A DNA stretch of 64,000 nt from the human T2T-CHM13v2.0 reference genome, Homo sapiens. Positions within the stretch are counted from its first letter, which is position 1; each line of letters starts with the position of its first letter. The stretch lies in NCBI RefSeq assembly GCF_009914755.1, contig NC_060932.1. One strand, 5' to 3'. This document shows, one piece after another, positions 39,388 to 52,555 of this stretch. A model generated the notes under the pieces. It saw nothing but the letters and a program-made list of their open reading frames with translations, had not been told where the DNA came from and ran no database searches. The translations under genes and the position numbers were made by a program.

Positions 39388-41588
39388 TCTGTAGTATAAT
39401 TTAAAGTGAGGTAATGTGATTCCTCCAGTTTTGTTCTTTTTGCTCAGGGTGGCTTTGTATATTGTAGGTTTTTGGTGGTTCTGTATTTCTTTTAGGATGG
39501 TGTTTTCTATATTGTAAAGAAGGTAATTGGTATTTTAATAGGAATTTTATTAAATCTGTAGATTGTTTTGGGTCATATGGACATTTTAATGATATTGATT
39601 CTTCCAATCCATGAACAAGAAATATCTTTCTGTTATTTTGTGTCCTCTTCCATTTGTTTCATCAGTGTTTTATAGTTTTCATTGTAGAGCCCTTTTGCTT
39701 CTTTGGTTAAGTTAATTCTTACATATTTTATTTTGTTTGTAGCTATTATAAATGTGATTAGTTTATTTCTTTTTCAGAGAGTTCATGGCTGGCATATTCA
39801 AATGCGACTGATTTTGTGTGTTAATTTTGTATTCTGAAAATTTACTAAATTTATCAGTTCTAATTGTTTTTTAGTGTAGTCTTTAGGCTTTTCCAAATAT
39901 AAGATTATTCATCTGCAGAGAAGGTTAATTTGCCTTCTGCCTTGCCAATTTAGATGCCCTTTATTTCTTTCTTATGTCTGATTTCTCAAGTTAAGACTTA
40001 CAGCACTATGTTGAATAACACTGATGAAAGTGGGCATCATTAGTTTCTCAATCTTAAATGAAAGTCTTTCAGTTTTTTTCCCATGCAGTATGATACTAGC
40101 TGTATGTTTGTCATATAAGGCTTCTATTATGTTAGTTATCATCCTTCTATACACAGTTTTTTGTGGGTTTATATCAGGAAAGTGTGTTGAATTTTACCAA
40201 GTGCTTTTTAGCATCAATTGGAAACAATTGAAATAATATGATTTTTGTCCTTTATTTTGTCATTACAATGTATCACATTAATTATTAATTGATTAATTAT
40301 CTATTGAATAATTGAGAAAAGAGATGGTATGTTGAACCATCCTTCTATCTCTGGGATAAATCTCACTTGGTCATGATGAATAATCTTTTTAATATGTTGT
40401 TGAATTTGGTTTGTTAGCATTTTATTGAGAATTTTTGCATCAATATTCATCAGAGTTATTGGCCTGATACAGCTACTCCAACTCTTTTCTGGTTTTCATT
40501 GGCATGAAACATCTTTTTCATCCCTTTATTTTTAGCTTATGTGTGTCTTTATTGGTAAAGTTTGTTTCTTGTCGACAACATATCATTGGATCTTGATTTT
40601 TTTATCTATTCAACCACTCCATCTCTAGATTGGATAATTTTATCAATTTACATTCAATGTTATTACTGATAAGTAGAAATTAACTCCTACCATTTTATTA
40701 TTTGTTTTCTGGTTGTTTTTCATCTTCTCTTTCTCCTTTTCTTCCTTTCTTCCTATCTTCCTTTTATTGAAAGTAATTTTCTATGATGGTATGATTTTTT
40801 TTTTGCTCTTTTCTGTTGTGTTTTTTCACTTGAGGTTAGCATGAGACTTGCAAATACTATTTTATAACCCATTATTTTCAGCTGATAACAACTTAACACA
40901 GTTTGCATAAAAAAAGGAACAAACAAAAAAGCAAAAGGAAAACTTATAAAAACTCTACCCTTAATTTTGTTCCCCTGCTTTTAAGTTTTTGTTTTTATTC
41001 ATATATTATTGTACTGCCTATGTATTGAACATTTGTTGTTATTGCTCTCATTTTTTTAATTGATTCATCATTTAGTCTTTATACTTAAGATAAGAGTAGT
41101 TTACACATCACAGTTACAGTCTTATAATGCTCTGTGTTTCTTTGGTGTATATCCTATTACTTACTATTAGTGAGTTTTGTACCTTCAGATGTTTTCCTAT
41201 TGCTCATTAATGTCCTTTTCTTTCTGACTGAAGTATTCCCTTTAGCGTTTCTTGTAGGACAAGTCTGATGTTGATGAAATCCCTCAGCTTTTGTTTGTCT
41301 GGAAAAGTCTTTATTTCTCCTTTATGTTTGAAGAAAATTTTTACCAGATATACTATTCAAGGGTAGAAGTTTTTTTTCCTTCACCTCTTTATATGTCATG
41401 CCACTATCTCCCCGCCTATAAGTTTTCCACTAAAAAGTCTGCTGTCAGACATATTGGAGCTCTGTTGTATGTTATTTGTTTCTTTTCTCTTTTAAGATCC
41501 TTTCTTTGTCCTTTGTCTTTGAGAGTTTGATTATTAAGTGACTTGAGATAGTCTTCTTTGGGTTAAATCTACTGTGTGTTTCATAAAC

Positions 41589-41633
41589 TTTCTTGTACTT
41601 GGTTATTGATATTTGATAACCAAGTACAAGAAA
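41589..41633. repeat. Perfect 18-bp inverted repeat, 9-nt spacer
   Basis: TTTCTTGTACTTGGTTAT-tgatatttg-ATAACCAAGTACAAGAAA. Confidence 0.92.
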
Positions 41634-41838
41634 TGTTATTGATAACCTTTCTCTAGGTTTGGGTGTTCTGTGTTATTATCTCTTTCAATAAACTTTCTAC
41701 AACTGTCTCTTTTTCTACCTTATATTTAAGGCCAATAAGTCTTAAATTTCACCTTCTGAGGCTATTTTCTAGATCCTGTAGGCATGCTTCCTTTTTTTTT
41801 TCTTTTGTCTCCTCTGATTGTATTTTCTAACAGCCTGT

Positions 41839-42195
41839 TGTATTTGTCTGCTCTCATGCTGCTGATAAAGATATACCTGAGACTGAGCAATTTACGAAAG
41901 AAAGAAATTTAATGGACTTACAGTTCCACATGGCTGGGGAGGCCTCACAATCACGGTGGAAGTCAAGGAGGAGTAAGTCACATCATACATGGATGGCAAC
42001 AAGCAAGAGAATGAGAGCTTGTGCAGGGAAACTCTACCTTATAAAGCCATCAGGTCTCGTGAGACTTATTCACTATCATGACTACAGCACAGGAAAAACC
42101 TGCCCCCATGATTCAATTACCTCCCTCTGGGTCCCTCCCACAACATGTGAGAATTCAAGATGAGATTTGGGTGGGAAGACAACCAAACCATACCA
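41839..42195 (-). mobile_element. THE1A/B MaLR solo LTR nested in L1 ORF1
   Basis: TGTATTTGTCTG...GCTGCTGATAAAGA...CCAAACCATACCA; TSD CCTGT/ACTGT. Confidence 0.93.
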
Positions 42196-44238
42196 ACTGT
42201 CTTCAAACTTACTATTTTTTTCTTCTGCTTTACCCATTCTGCTATTAAAAGACTCATGCATCCTTCAAAATGTCAGTTGCACTTTTCAACTCCAGTATTT
42301 CTCCTTGATCTTGTTAATTATTTAAATCTGTTTGTTTAAGTTATCTGATAAAATTCTGAATTCCTTCTCTGTGTTACCTTGAATTTCTTTGAGTTTTCTC
42401 AAAAAAAGCTACGTTGAATTCTGTGTATGGGCATTGAAGAGCTAGGTAGTTAATGTAGTCTTTGCAGTTTGGGCTTATGTGTACCCATCCTTCTTGGGAA
42501 AGCTTTCCAGGTATTCAGAAGGATATGGTTGTTTTTATCTAAATTAATCTGCATTAGGGAATACCCAAAGGCCAGTAACACTGTGATTCTTGCAGACTAA
42601 TAATAGATGCACCACCTTGATGATTTTGGATAAGATCCAGAAGAATTATCAGGCTTACCAAGCAGAGATTCTTGTTTTCCTGTCTTGCTTTCTTCGAAAC
42701 AAATGGAGTCTCTCTCTTCTGAGCCACCTGGAGCTGGGGGCAGGGTGAGACAAGTACCCCTGTGGCCACCATCACTGATATTGGGCTGAGTCAGTCCTTA
42801 GACCAGCATAGGACTGGTCTCACCCATGGGCCACTGTAACCACTACTTGGCTATTATCTGTATTTGCTCAAGGACGTGGAGGACTCTACCATCAGCTGGA
42901 GGTGAAGCCAGCCAGGTTTGTGTCCTTCCTTCCCTTCAGGTCAATGAGTTCCCCCAGGCCCAGATTGGTAGATAGCTGCCATCCTAGAGCCAGGGACTGG
43001 AGTCGAAAAAACTTAAAAATCTACCTGGAATTCTATCATACTGTGGCTAAGCTGGCACTCAAACCATGAAACAGTCCTTCCCACTCTTCCTTCCCCTTTT
43101 CACAGGCAGAAGTGCCTACTTCATGGCCAGCACCACCACAAGCCCATGGGGAGAAACTTCAGGCTACTTCTGCTGTTCCCCTTATGACTAAAACCACTTT
43201 AGTCAGCTTGTAGTGAATGTTGGCTGGCCTGGGACTCCTCCTTTAAGGCAGTGAGCTCCCTTGTGGCCCAAGGTAAGTTAACAAATTCTGTTCAAAAGCC
43301 AAGGCCTGGAATTGGGTACCCCAAGAGCCCACTTAGTGCTCTACTCCTTGTGGTTGAGCTTATATCTGAAGCAAGCAAGTCTCAGAGTCTCACCCAAGAC
43401 CCATGGCACACCACCTGTGTTGACTGCTGGTTATTCAGCACCCAAGGGCTCTTTAATAAGCAGGTGATGTGCTCTTTTAGGACCATGTCCTTCCAGGCAA
43501 AGCGGTAGATTCCCTTCTGGCCTAGAGTGTGTGTAGAAATATGATCTGGGAGCAAAGTACTGGAAAGTGGTACTTATGGCTCTGATTGACCCCCCTATCC
43601 TACTGGGGCTGATCTAGTATCCAAGATGTAATAAAAGTCCTGTTTACTCTTTTTGCTCCTGTCTTCAAGTGGAAAGAAGGAGTCTCTTTTGGAGTCTAGA
43701 GCTGTGTAGCCTGGGGTTGGAGGGGGGCATGTCACAAGCGCTCTGTTAGCCATCCATGTCCACTGGCTCTGAGCCCAGTTTAGTACTAGGATTTATCTGG
43801 GATTTGTAGCCCTAGTGGCCTAGACTGCATTTCAAGTTTATTTGGAGCCTCAGCGCACTTTATCCTATAGCAGAAAGGCTTGCTGGAACACAAGTTTCAA
43901 ACACTGGAATGGGTGATTCCCCTCTGGCTGGGGGTGGTTTAAATATTCCCCCCCGGACATCAGTTGAGTTCGGTTCAGTTCAGTGTTGTCTTCTGATGTG
44001 ATGGGGCAACACTAAGTTCAATGCAATGTCACAATTACTGTGCACTCCCTTCCCAAGTGTAGATTCTCTCTCCATGCCACATGGATGTTGCCAGGAAATG
44101 GGGGAGGGTGATTTTGCTGATTGAAGACTGTCTTTCCTCCTCTCTTCAATGCCTTTTTCAGCAATGTGAAGTTAAAAACCAGGGACTGTGAGGGCTTATC
44201 TGATTTTTGGTTCTTATAAAGATGCTTTGTTTGTGTAG

Positions 44239-44654
<416 letters not shown>

Positions 44655-44664
44655 ACCTACAATT

Positions 44665-45520
44665 TACTTTTGAATTGTCTTATCCTTACTGTATATTCTG
44701 GATATAACTGATTTTATTATAACTATGCTTACATTTTGATAACTACTGTGTTAATGGAATCTTTTGAAAAACAAATGTCATTAATGTGAACTTTAGCATC
44801 TCAATATTTATGTTATAGTTAATGTTTAGAGAGTCCTGAATGATAATCATTTGCCTATACCAATATCACAAAGATATTGCTCTCTCCCATTTTTTTTGAG
44901 GCTACAAATTTTGAATCTTTACTCATAGGTTTATAATCTATATAAAATTAATATATGTGGGTGTTTTCATGTAAATGAAATAAGCGTCTTATTTTTATTA
45001 TGTTCTTATTTTCTATATACAACCCCATTTAAAAAAATTCTTTTTTCTTTAAATTACATGAAACACTTGTTGAAAATCAATTGAATATATATGTATTAGT
45101 CTATTTTAGGACTTTCTCCTGTGGTCAGTTCATTTTTTAAAAACTGCAGCACATTGTCTTAATTACCGTATCTATATAATAACTGTTGAAATCTGGTTAC
45201 ACAGGTCTTCAAAGTAAATTTTTTAAATTGCTTTGGATATTTAAAATCCTCCAGATTTTACATAAATTTTGCAATAACCTCATAAATTGCTTTTAAAAAT
45301 TATCATTTATGATTACAATGGGGTTAGTGTGAATCTAGAAATAATTTGAAAAGTGACATCAAAATTGAGTATTACAATCCATGAACATAGTATTTCTCTC
45401 TATTTATTTGGGTATTTTTTTAATCCCTATTTTGCAGTTTTCTATATAGAGATTTTACATATAGGTCATTAAATTACTCCAGTATTTTATAACATTTGAA
45501 TCTATTTTGAAAGCATGACT
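44665..45520 (-). mobile_element. Ancient L1 (L1ME-like) ORF2 relic
   Basis: TATATTCTGGATA...CACTTGTTGAAAATCAATTG...CAATCCATGAACATAGTATTTCTCTCTATTTATTT. Confidence 0.65.
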
Positions 45521-45539
45521 TTTCAGTACAAATTAGGAT

Positions 45540-45700
45540 GTGGAAATGGCATATAGTCTTCATAATCAAGCAGATCCTGATTTCAAAACCTAATTCTTCC
45601 ACTTACTAGTTTTATGAACTTGAGTAAGCCTCTTAAATAGACTATTTTCTTGGCCATAAAATTATGAAGAAATTTGTAATTGTAATAATCACTAATTTTG
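45540..45700 (+). mobile_element. MIR relic
   Basis: TTCTTCCACTTACTAGTTTTATGAACTTGAGTAAG. Confidence 0.6.
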
Positions 45701-45719
45701 TTTATTACTTCATGTTGAC

Positions 45720-46270
45720 CTTGCTCTTCTTTTGATTTGTATATCCCACTCTATGAGTAATGCCAAGAGGCAGAATCCAAAAGACTAAATGTTTATTTTC
45801 CCCAACTTCCTTGATTGTGAAGAAATGGACACATGATCAAGGCTAAGTCTGCTACTTACAATTACCCAGGGTTTTAATTCTGAACTATTTTCAAAGAAGT
45901 GCAGCAGTAAAGGGGGATAGAGAATTAATTTTGGCCACAGGGACACCAGCAGAAAAAATGAAGTTTACAGACACAAATTAGCAACAAAGCCAGCAATCAG
46001 CTCAACATTTCCTGCTGACAGTAAAGTAGCTGGAGCTGTGGAATCCTGTTGTTCTTTCCAAACACTCTTTGCGTTGGAAATGTGGCTGTGGTTTGGCTGT
46101 CCATCCTTCTTTGCTCACGCTATTTTGTGAGCTTTGTTGTGCAAACTTTCCATGGATTCTAAGAGATAGGCATCTATGAAGTATTCTCAATCCTTGCAAA
46201 ACGTTCTTTTTCTGTTTAAATTATCCATGTGCAACTTGTGTTGCTTTCTACTAAGAACTCTAGCTAGTAC
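45720..46270 (+). mobile_element. ERVL solo LTR (LTR33-like)
   Basis: TTTTCCCAACTTCCTTG...CACATGA...; 3' end TTTTTCTGTTTAAATTATCCA...TGTTGCTTTCTACTAAGAACTCTAGCTAGTAC. Confidence 0.55.
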
Positions 46271-46485
46271 TCTGCTTCACAGCATTTGTGTAAGAATTAA
46301 ATTAAGTAAGTAAAAAAATGACACAGTGCCTAATACTGCAATTCATTCTGAAATTTTCTTTAAACTTCTCATTCTATATCTATTTTAGATCATGGAAAAT
46401 ATGAAGCATCAGAGTAATTAATATCTTTAATTAATAATCAAATCCCTCCAAATTCATGGTAATGTTTTATATAATAATGCATGGA

Positions 46486-47080
46486 TGTTCCTGGACCAAA
46501 CTGAGGGTTGGGCTGCCATTTCTTGTGGCTCAATAATGAAATACAGATGAACTGGGGAGGAAGAGAGTTTCTATTTCTGCAACCAGTTAGAGGAAGAAGG
46601 CCTGAAAATTAACACCAGACCAACTCAAGATTACAAAGTTTTTCAGAGCTTATGTACCTTCTAAGCTATATGTCTATGTGTAAATTTGCATTCATCTAAA
46701 GACATAAGCAATTAACTTCTTTTAACCTATAACTAAGGTCTGAGTTTTAAAGACCTTCCTCTGGAGCCTCAGAAATTTGTCCAGGTGCTGGGGTGATTAC
46801 CCTTATCTTGTCTCCTGCTAAATCACAGACGTTTGGGGAGTTCCTTCAGACTCCCAATATACTTGTTTGTGGAGGCCTGGGAGTTTCTTCATATCCCCAG
46901 TAAAACTTGTTTATTCATGCTTTAAGATTCAGGAAAGGCCTAGGCAAAACTCTTGGTGGGCTTTTGTTACATTCCCACCTTTGTATAAGGGTACTGGCTT
47001 TTAATATTTAACTTAACCACTCAGTTGGTACAGAAACAGTTGTTATGGAGGCCTGTGTTAGTGAGACCTGGCCTGCCACA
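46486..47080 (-). mobile_element. ERV1 solo LTR (LTR10C-like)
   Basis: 595 bp, TG...CA, perfect 4-bp TSD TGGA; reverse start TGTGGCAGGCCAGGTCTCACTAACACAGGCCTCCATAAC. Confidence 0.82.
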
Positions 47081-47929
47081 TGGATACAACAGAGGATTTC
47101 TAAATTAATTAAATTGCCTGGACTTTCATAAAATCAAAATACCTTAAACTTAAAAAACTGTAAACATACATTAATACCTAGAAAAAGAAGGGAGACTTAA
47201 TCCTTAAGTTTGAGTATTCACTCAAAGGCATTTTAGCCTGAAAGTTCTCGGGGAATAAACAGAAGAGATGCAATAAATACAACATTGAAACAGATTCTGT
47301 GCAGTATTTATGCAGTATTTGTAAAATTCTAAGCATTGAAATAATAGTTTCTCTCTAGAATCGTGTCCCATTTTCCGCCAATAAAATTTTATCATATTTT
47401 TTGCTTTTATTTCAGCTGGGTGTTTGTTTGAAAGCTTAATGGATATTTCTCTAAAAGATCCCTAATTTTTATTCAGTGGCATTCTGAAGTATTTTTCTAG
47501 AAACAGGTACTTTGTTCAATTAATTTTTGCTCTAGAACTTACTTTTCTAATCTTGTCTCACATGAACTAAATATATTATTTATCCACTCTGCTTCCTGTA
47601 TGCTTTAAAAGCTTGTAAAACCCATGGCTATATCTTACAAACTTCATTTGGTAAAGGTATTGAACAAAGATTTTTATATTGCTAACTAGATCTGAGGAGA
47701 ATATTTGTTACCCATTCTTTTTTTATCAATTGCACCATGATTGGTTATATCACATCCTTTTTCTTTTTTTAGACTAGGTGTCTTCTACATAGCACAAAAT
47801 ACAAAGACAAATATTAGGTTTCTTCTACATAGCACAAAATAGTTTTCATCCAGACTTGAGAGTCACTTGAATAGAAATGTGAAGCCCTAGATTATTAAGG
47901 AGTATTAACAAGTACAGATATATTTACTG

Positions 47930-48170
47930 GATTGGCCACAGGAATAGAAGTTAGAAGACCTGGTTTAAATCCCAAATGCAACATTTGTGTTGTTGTCGTT
48001 ATATGGTTTCAGAGAAATTAAACACCAATCTCAGCTTCTTTCAACTATAAAATGGGGATACTTTAGATAATATGTATGTACCCTACCTACTTCCAAGTAA
48101 CACCTTGAGCATCAGATGGTGTGATATATGTGAGAGCAATTTGCTAAACTGAATAGCATTTCAAATTGCT
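47930..48170 (+). mobile_element. MIR relic
   Basis: AGAAGACCTGGTTTAAATCCCA...TCTCAGCTTCTTTCAACTATAAAATGGGGATA. Confidence 0.7.
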
Positions 48171-49457
48171 TCTCTCTAAGAAAGCACTCATCACAATGTC
48201 TGGTAATTATCTGTTAACTTGTCTGTCACCCCTTCTAAATTGCTTCCGCCTTGAAGAAAAGATGAATGAATGAAAATGTAAATTACAAGTTACAGAGCCA
48301 ATAAGAATGTCATAGTACTTGAAATCTAAAAGATTTTCACCACTTGCTGTGCTTTCACAATCTTTTTTCTTCTTTAAATTTAGAAAGAAATTGTATAAAC
48401 TATGCTCCTACAGCCTTTTGCTTTTTTTCTTGTTTTCTTAACTTTAAAATGAGACACAGTTGAAAGAGAGAGTGTGGGGTTATAAAAATGTTGCTGTAAT
48501 AGACAATAGCCTATATATAAGAGAACTACTATTGTAAATAATTAATAACAGAAAGAAAAGATTTAAACTGCTTTTTAAATTAAAGCTGTGGTTTTTATAT
48601 CAAATATCTTTTATCAATATGAACTAATTTCCCCCTGTAGAGTTATACAGGACACACATATTAATACAACAATCTTCATTGTTACAATTAAAGCATTAGG
48701 GCCAAAAAGAGAATTGTGTAATTTATCATGGCAGAGAGTCATTTCTGCATTTGTGATTATAAATTTGACGTCTGTTTTTATGCTTTGAAAATGTGCTGAA
48801 ATCATTTATTCCTTAGCATGTGTAGAAAGCATGTGTCTTTGTTTTTATTTGAGGATGTCAATGGACAAGTCATTGCCTAATTTATTTTCAGTTTCAGCGT
48901 TATTTTTTCTAGAATCTGGTAGAAAAACTCTTTTTCATTTTAATAAACAAAGTTGGTAAAATATAATTACTCTAATTCTTCCCTTTCGCTTTGGGGAAAA
49001 AACCCTCAAAAGAGTTTCTGTCACCGAAAATATCTGTGCTTTTTAGTTACATGATATTTCATTGAAAAGTTATAACTTTGGCTGGGAATTAACAGGTGTA
49101 AATAAACAAGGAAATATAATAATTATATGGAGATATAGCAAGTAAACCATCTTTCTGACTTTTCATTTATCATTCATTGGATATATTTCATACATTGGTC
49201 AAGTTAATTATTACTATAGAAATGTATTTGATATAGATTATAAATCACAGTATTATGGTCATTAAAATATTTGAAAAAAATCCCATTATGATAAATTCTT
49301 TTATTTATATAATGTATTTCGAAAGCAGAGCCCTTCAATCTTCACATATATTGAATTCTGTTTCTTTTGTATGGACAACAGATCGGTAATCCAAACTATC
49401 AGTTTGTTTAAAATTTCCCTCAATTTTGTATGCAAATTAGTCAGAATACAGTAATAG

Positions 49458-49760
49458 CATTGTAGAAAAAAATGAGTTCTTGTCATATGGCCAGGAAAAC
49501 TTAGGCACATAGACACATTGTAGGTGAGTATGGAAGGGTATATTGGGTGAAAAAAAAATAACTCTCCGCAAAGTGAGAGAGAGTCCTGCTAGCAGGTTTT
49601 CCACCTCACAGATTGAATTCCAGGTTACCACACAGAAACAGGAGGGGCCAGGCTTCTCATCCCTGCAAATGGCATGAATTTCCTGAGGCTCTACTCCATC
49701 CTCCCAGTGTGTAGGCTGCTAGAAGATTCTCCAGGGACCCCTTTTTACTTGACTACCTCA
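49458..49760 (-). mobile_element. MER61-like ERV1 solo LTR
   Basis: Reverse start TGAGGTAGTCAAGTAAAAAGGGGTCCCTGGAGAA...CACTGGGAGGATGG; possible TSD ATAG/ACAG. Confidence 0.72.
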
Positions 49761-49789
49761 ACAGGGAGTATAACATGTTATATTCTTGA

Positions 49790-50040
49790 AGTTTAAGTAA
49801 CAGGATTGGATATTTAGTACTGGCTCCACCTCTTTGTGTGTTCTTAGAAAAATTAACCTGTTGTCTCCATTTTCTTACAGAGGAACAAGTTTGACAATGC
49901 TTCTTAACTTATTGGGGGGTTGTTTTTGTTGCTTGTTTGCTTTAATATTCAATGGGATGTTGCTCTATGTAAATCTCCTAGGAGAGTGCCTGGCCCAGGG
50001 TAGGTACTCAAGGAATACAAACTGCAATCTAATTACTACT
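49790..50040 (+). mobile_element. MIR relic
   Basis: TGTAAATCTCCTAGGAGAGTGCCTGGCCCAGGGTAGGTACTCAA. Confidence 0.6.
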
Positions 50041-50146
50041 GCTCATATAATTAATCATCACACAGAAGTAGATTGACCACCACAACATCCACCCTTGATC
50101 TTTTTCTCCTGCTATTTGACCACAGGCATGTAAGTAAAGAGAGAAG

Positions 50147-50711
50147 TGTCAACCAAAAATAAAATTCTAAGGCCCCCAACCAGCTAAGGGCTCTCTTAAA
50201 ATTTAACTTGAAAGACTAGTTCAGGCCATGACAGGAAGTGGGGGTCAGACATGCCTCATTATACCTTTCCTGCATTAACATCAACATGGACTTTGAGTCA
50301 TAAGAAACATTTTACAACCTATTCTCTCTGAGGGCTACTATCTGAAGACTTCCTCTGCATGATTAAACTTTGGTCTCCACAACATCTTACTGCAACCCAC
50401 ACATTCCTTTCTATTGACCCCGGTTTTTAGATAAACTAAACCAATTGTCAAATCAGAAAATGCTTAAATCTACCTGTAATCTGGAAGTCCCCACTTCAAG
50501 TTGTTTTTGGACCAAACCAATGTATTCCTTAAGTGTATTTTATTGAAGTCTTATGTCTCCCTAATGTATATAGCCAAACTGCACCCCCAATCACCTTGGG
50601 CACATGTTCTCAGGACCTCCTGAGGGCTGTGTCATGGGCCATGGTCACTCATATTTGGCTCAAAATAAACCTCTTCAAATATTTTACAGAGTTTGACACT
50701 TTTTGTTGACA
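50147..50711 (+). mobile_element. MER4A/MER4A1-like ERV1 solo LTR
   Basis: TGTCAACCAAAAATAAAATTCTAAGGCCCCC...TTTTACAGAGTTTGACACTTTTTGTTGACA; perfect TSD GAAG. Confidence 0.9.
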
Positions 50712-51459
50712 GAAGTCAATGGGTAAGGCACAAAATATAGAATTCATACATGGGTGGGGATGACAATATTAATAAACTTTCCTTTCATGTATGTCACTTA
50801 TTTGAAATATCAAATGGTATCCTATAAAAAAGCAACAATCATCTCTGTGAATTGTACTTTATATAGTTCTAAAGGATGGGGGACTTTTATAATTTGACAG
50901 TAATAATAGTCAATATTTACACAATAATATTGAACTCATGCCTTGGGTCATTAGAGAGTTAAAAGAGCAAAATCTCAGGTTGTTTCGATTAGGAGCCGAA
51001 TCTGGTGGAATGACTCAGAAAGTAATATAATTTAATGTTCTTGCACATGGGAGAAGAATTACCAGTTAGAATTCAGCCTGTAAATTTTTTCTCTAAGCTT
51101 AGACAACCAATATATTTATACAACTTCTCTTACTCTCCTGAAAGCAGCAGTAGAGACAATTTGCAAATCAAAAGTGGTCAGAAGTAGGTTCAACATCCCT
51201 TTCTTGGAGCATAATTGACTTCCTCAAGTAGCACTGAGGTACCTTTATGTTTAGCAACAATGTAGGAATTGCAGTACTTATATAGAAATTATCATGTTAA
51301 AGGCTCTGTACTCAGAATCTGGACAGTCACAAAAGTCATTATTTTTTCCAAAGGATCACTCAGCCCTCCTACATGCTACTTGGATAGTATATAGAAAAAG
51401 ATCTCTAAAAGAAAATAATGTGTTTCAAGAAGTAAGTAGTAAGAATATAACCCAGGGAA

Positions 51460-51700
51460 AGGTTTTATTGAACTATCATTTACATAAAGTAAATTTTACA
51501 TATCTTAAATGTACTGCTCAATGACTTTTTACATTTGTATATATCAGTTAGACGACTACCCAGTTCAAGACATGAAATATTTTTTCACCCCAGAAGCTTT
51601 ATTGCTCCCTTTTCCAATTGATAGCTTTCAAAGTAGTCACCATTCTAATTTTTTTTCATCAGAGGTTAATTTCTGTCATTGAACTATATAAACTTGTACA
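51460..51700 (-). mobile_element. L1ME/L1MC-like 3' tip
   Basis: TTTTATTGAACTATCATTTACATAAAGTAAA...CTTAAATGTAC...TCACCCCAGAA. Confidence 0.65.
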
Positions 51701-51817
51701 AATATCTTATTAAATAGGAATTTTAATTTATTACATATTTTAACGTTAGATTTATTGTTTACTTTTGTCATTGTATTTGCTATTATTAATTGTTTGGACT
51801 TAGTTACTTTCTGCTAG

Positions 51818-52495
51818 TGAAATCACCTTTGCAAAATTATGACAGAGTGAAAGAGATCTAACCTAAGCGACTCATCTTGCTTCTAACCTTTAAGCTGTCC
51901 TCATTCCTTCCTGGGCATAGGCTGAACTAACTTTGGGAATAACTTAGTTTATAGTTTAAGACGATAACAGCCCTTTCCCAAAGCAAACCTCTTGCCTGGA
52001 CTAGACTGCCTTTATAGTACTAACAAATTAACCACAAGATTATAAATTATTGTTTAAGAGTCACGCAGCTGGAGGCTACAAGATTCTGACTCTCCCAAAA
52101 CTGCTCCTAAGATAAATGCTTGAGATATTTTGCAGACCCTGCACTTGAAGGATCAGCTGGCACCACTCAGATCGATAAACTGGCTCATCTGATCTTGTGG
52201 CCCCCACCCAGGAATTGACGCAGCACAAGAGGACAGCTTCAACTTCCCATGGTTTTATCTTTGACCCAACCAATCAGCAGCACTCTTGACTCACTGGCCT
52301 TACCCTATCCACCAAATTATCCTTAAAAATTCTGATTTCTGAATACTCAGGGAGACTGATTGGAGTAATAACACAACCCCAGTCTCCCATACGGCTGGCT
52401 CTGCATGAATTACTCTTTCTCTATTGCAATTCCCCTGTCTTCATAAATAGGCTCTGTCTAGGCAGTGGGCAAGGTGAACCCATTGAGCAGTTACA
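51818..52495 (+). mobile_element. LTR8 (ERV1) solo LTR
   Basis: TGAAATCACCTTTGCAAAATTATGAC...GGCAAGGTGAACCCATTGAGCAGTTACA; perfect TSD CTAG. Confidence 0.92.
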
Positions 52496-52555
52496 CTAGC
52501 CAATAATGTCTGCTAGAATTTTAAATTAAATGCATAATATTCATTATTAACTTAT

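Noticed and set aside
47416-47506. Candidate exon (TTTTATTTCAG acceptor, CAG|GTACTT donor)
   Set aside because: Such sites are common in AT-rich DNA; no coding signal or transcript evidence available.
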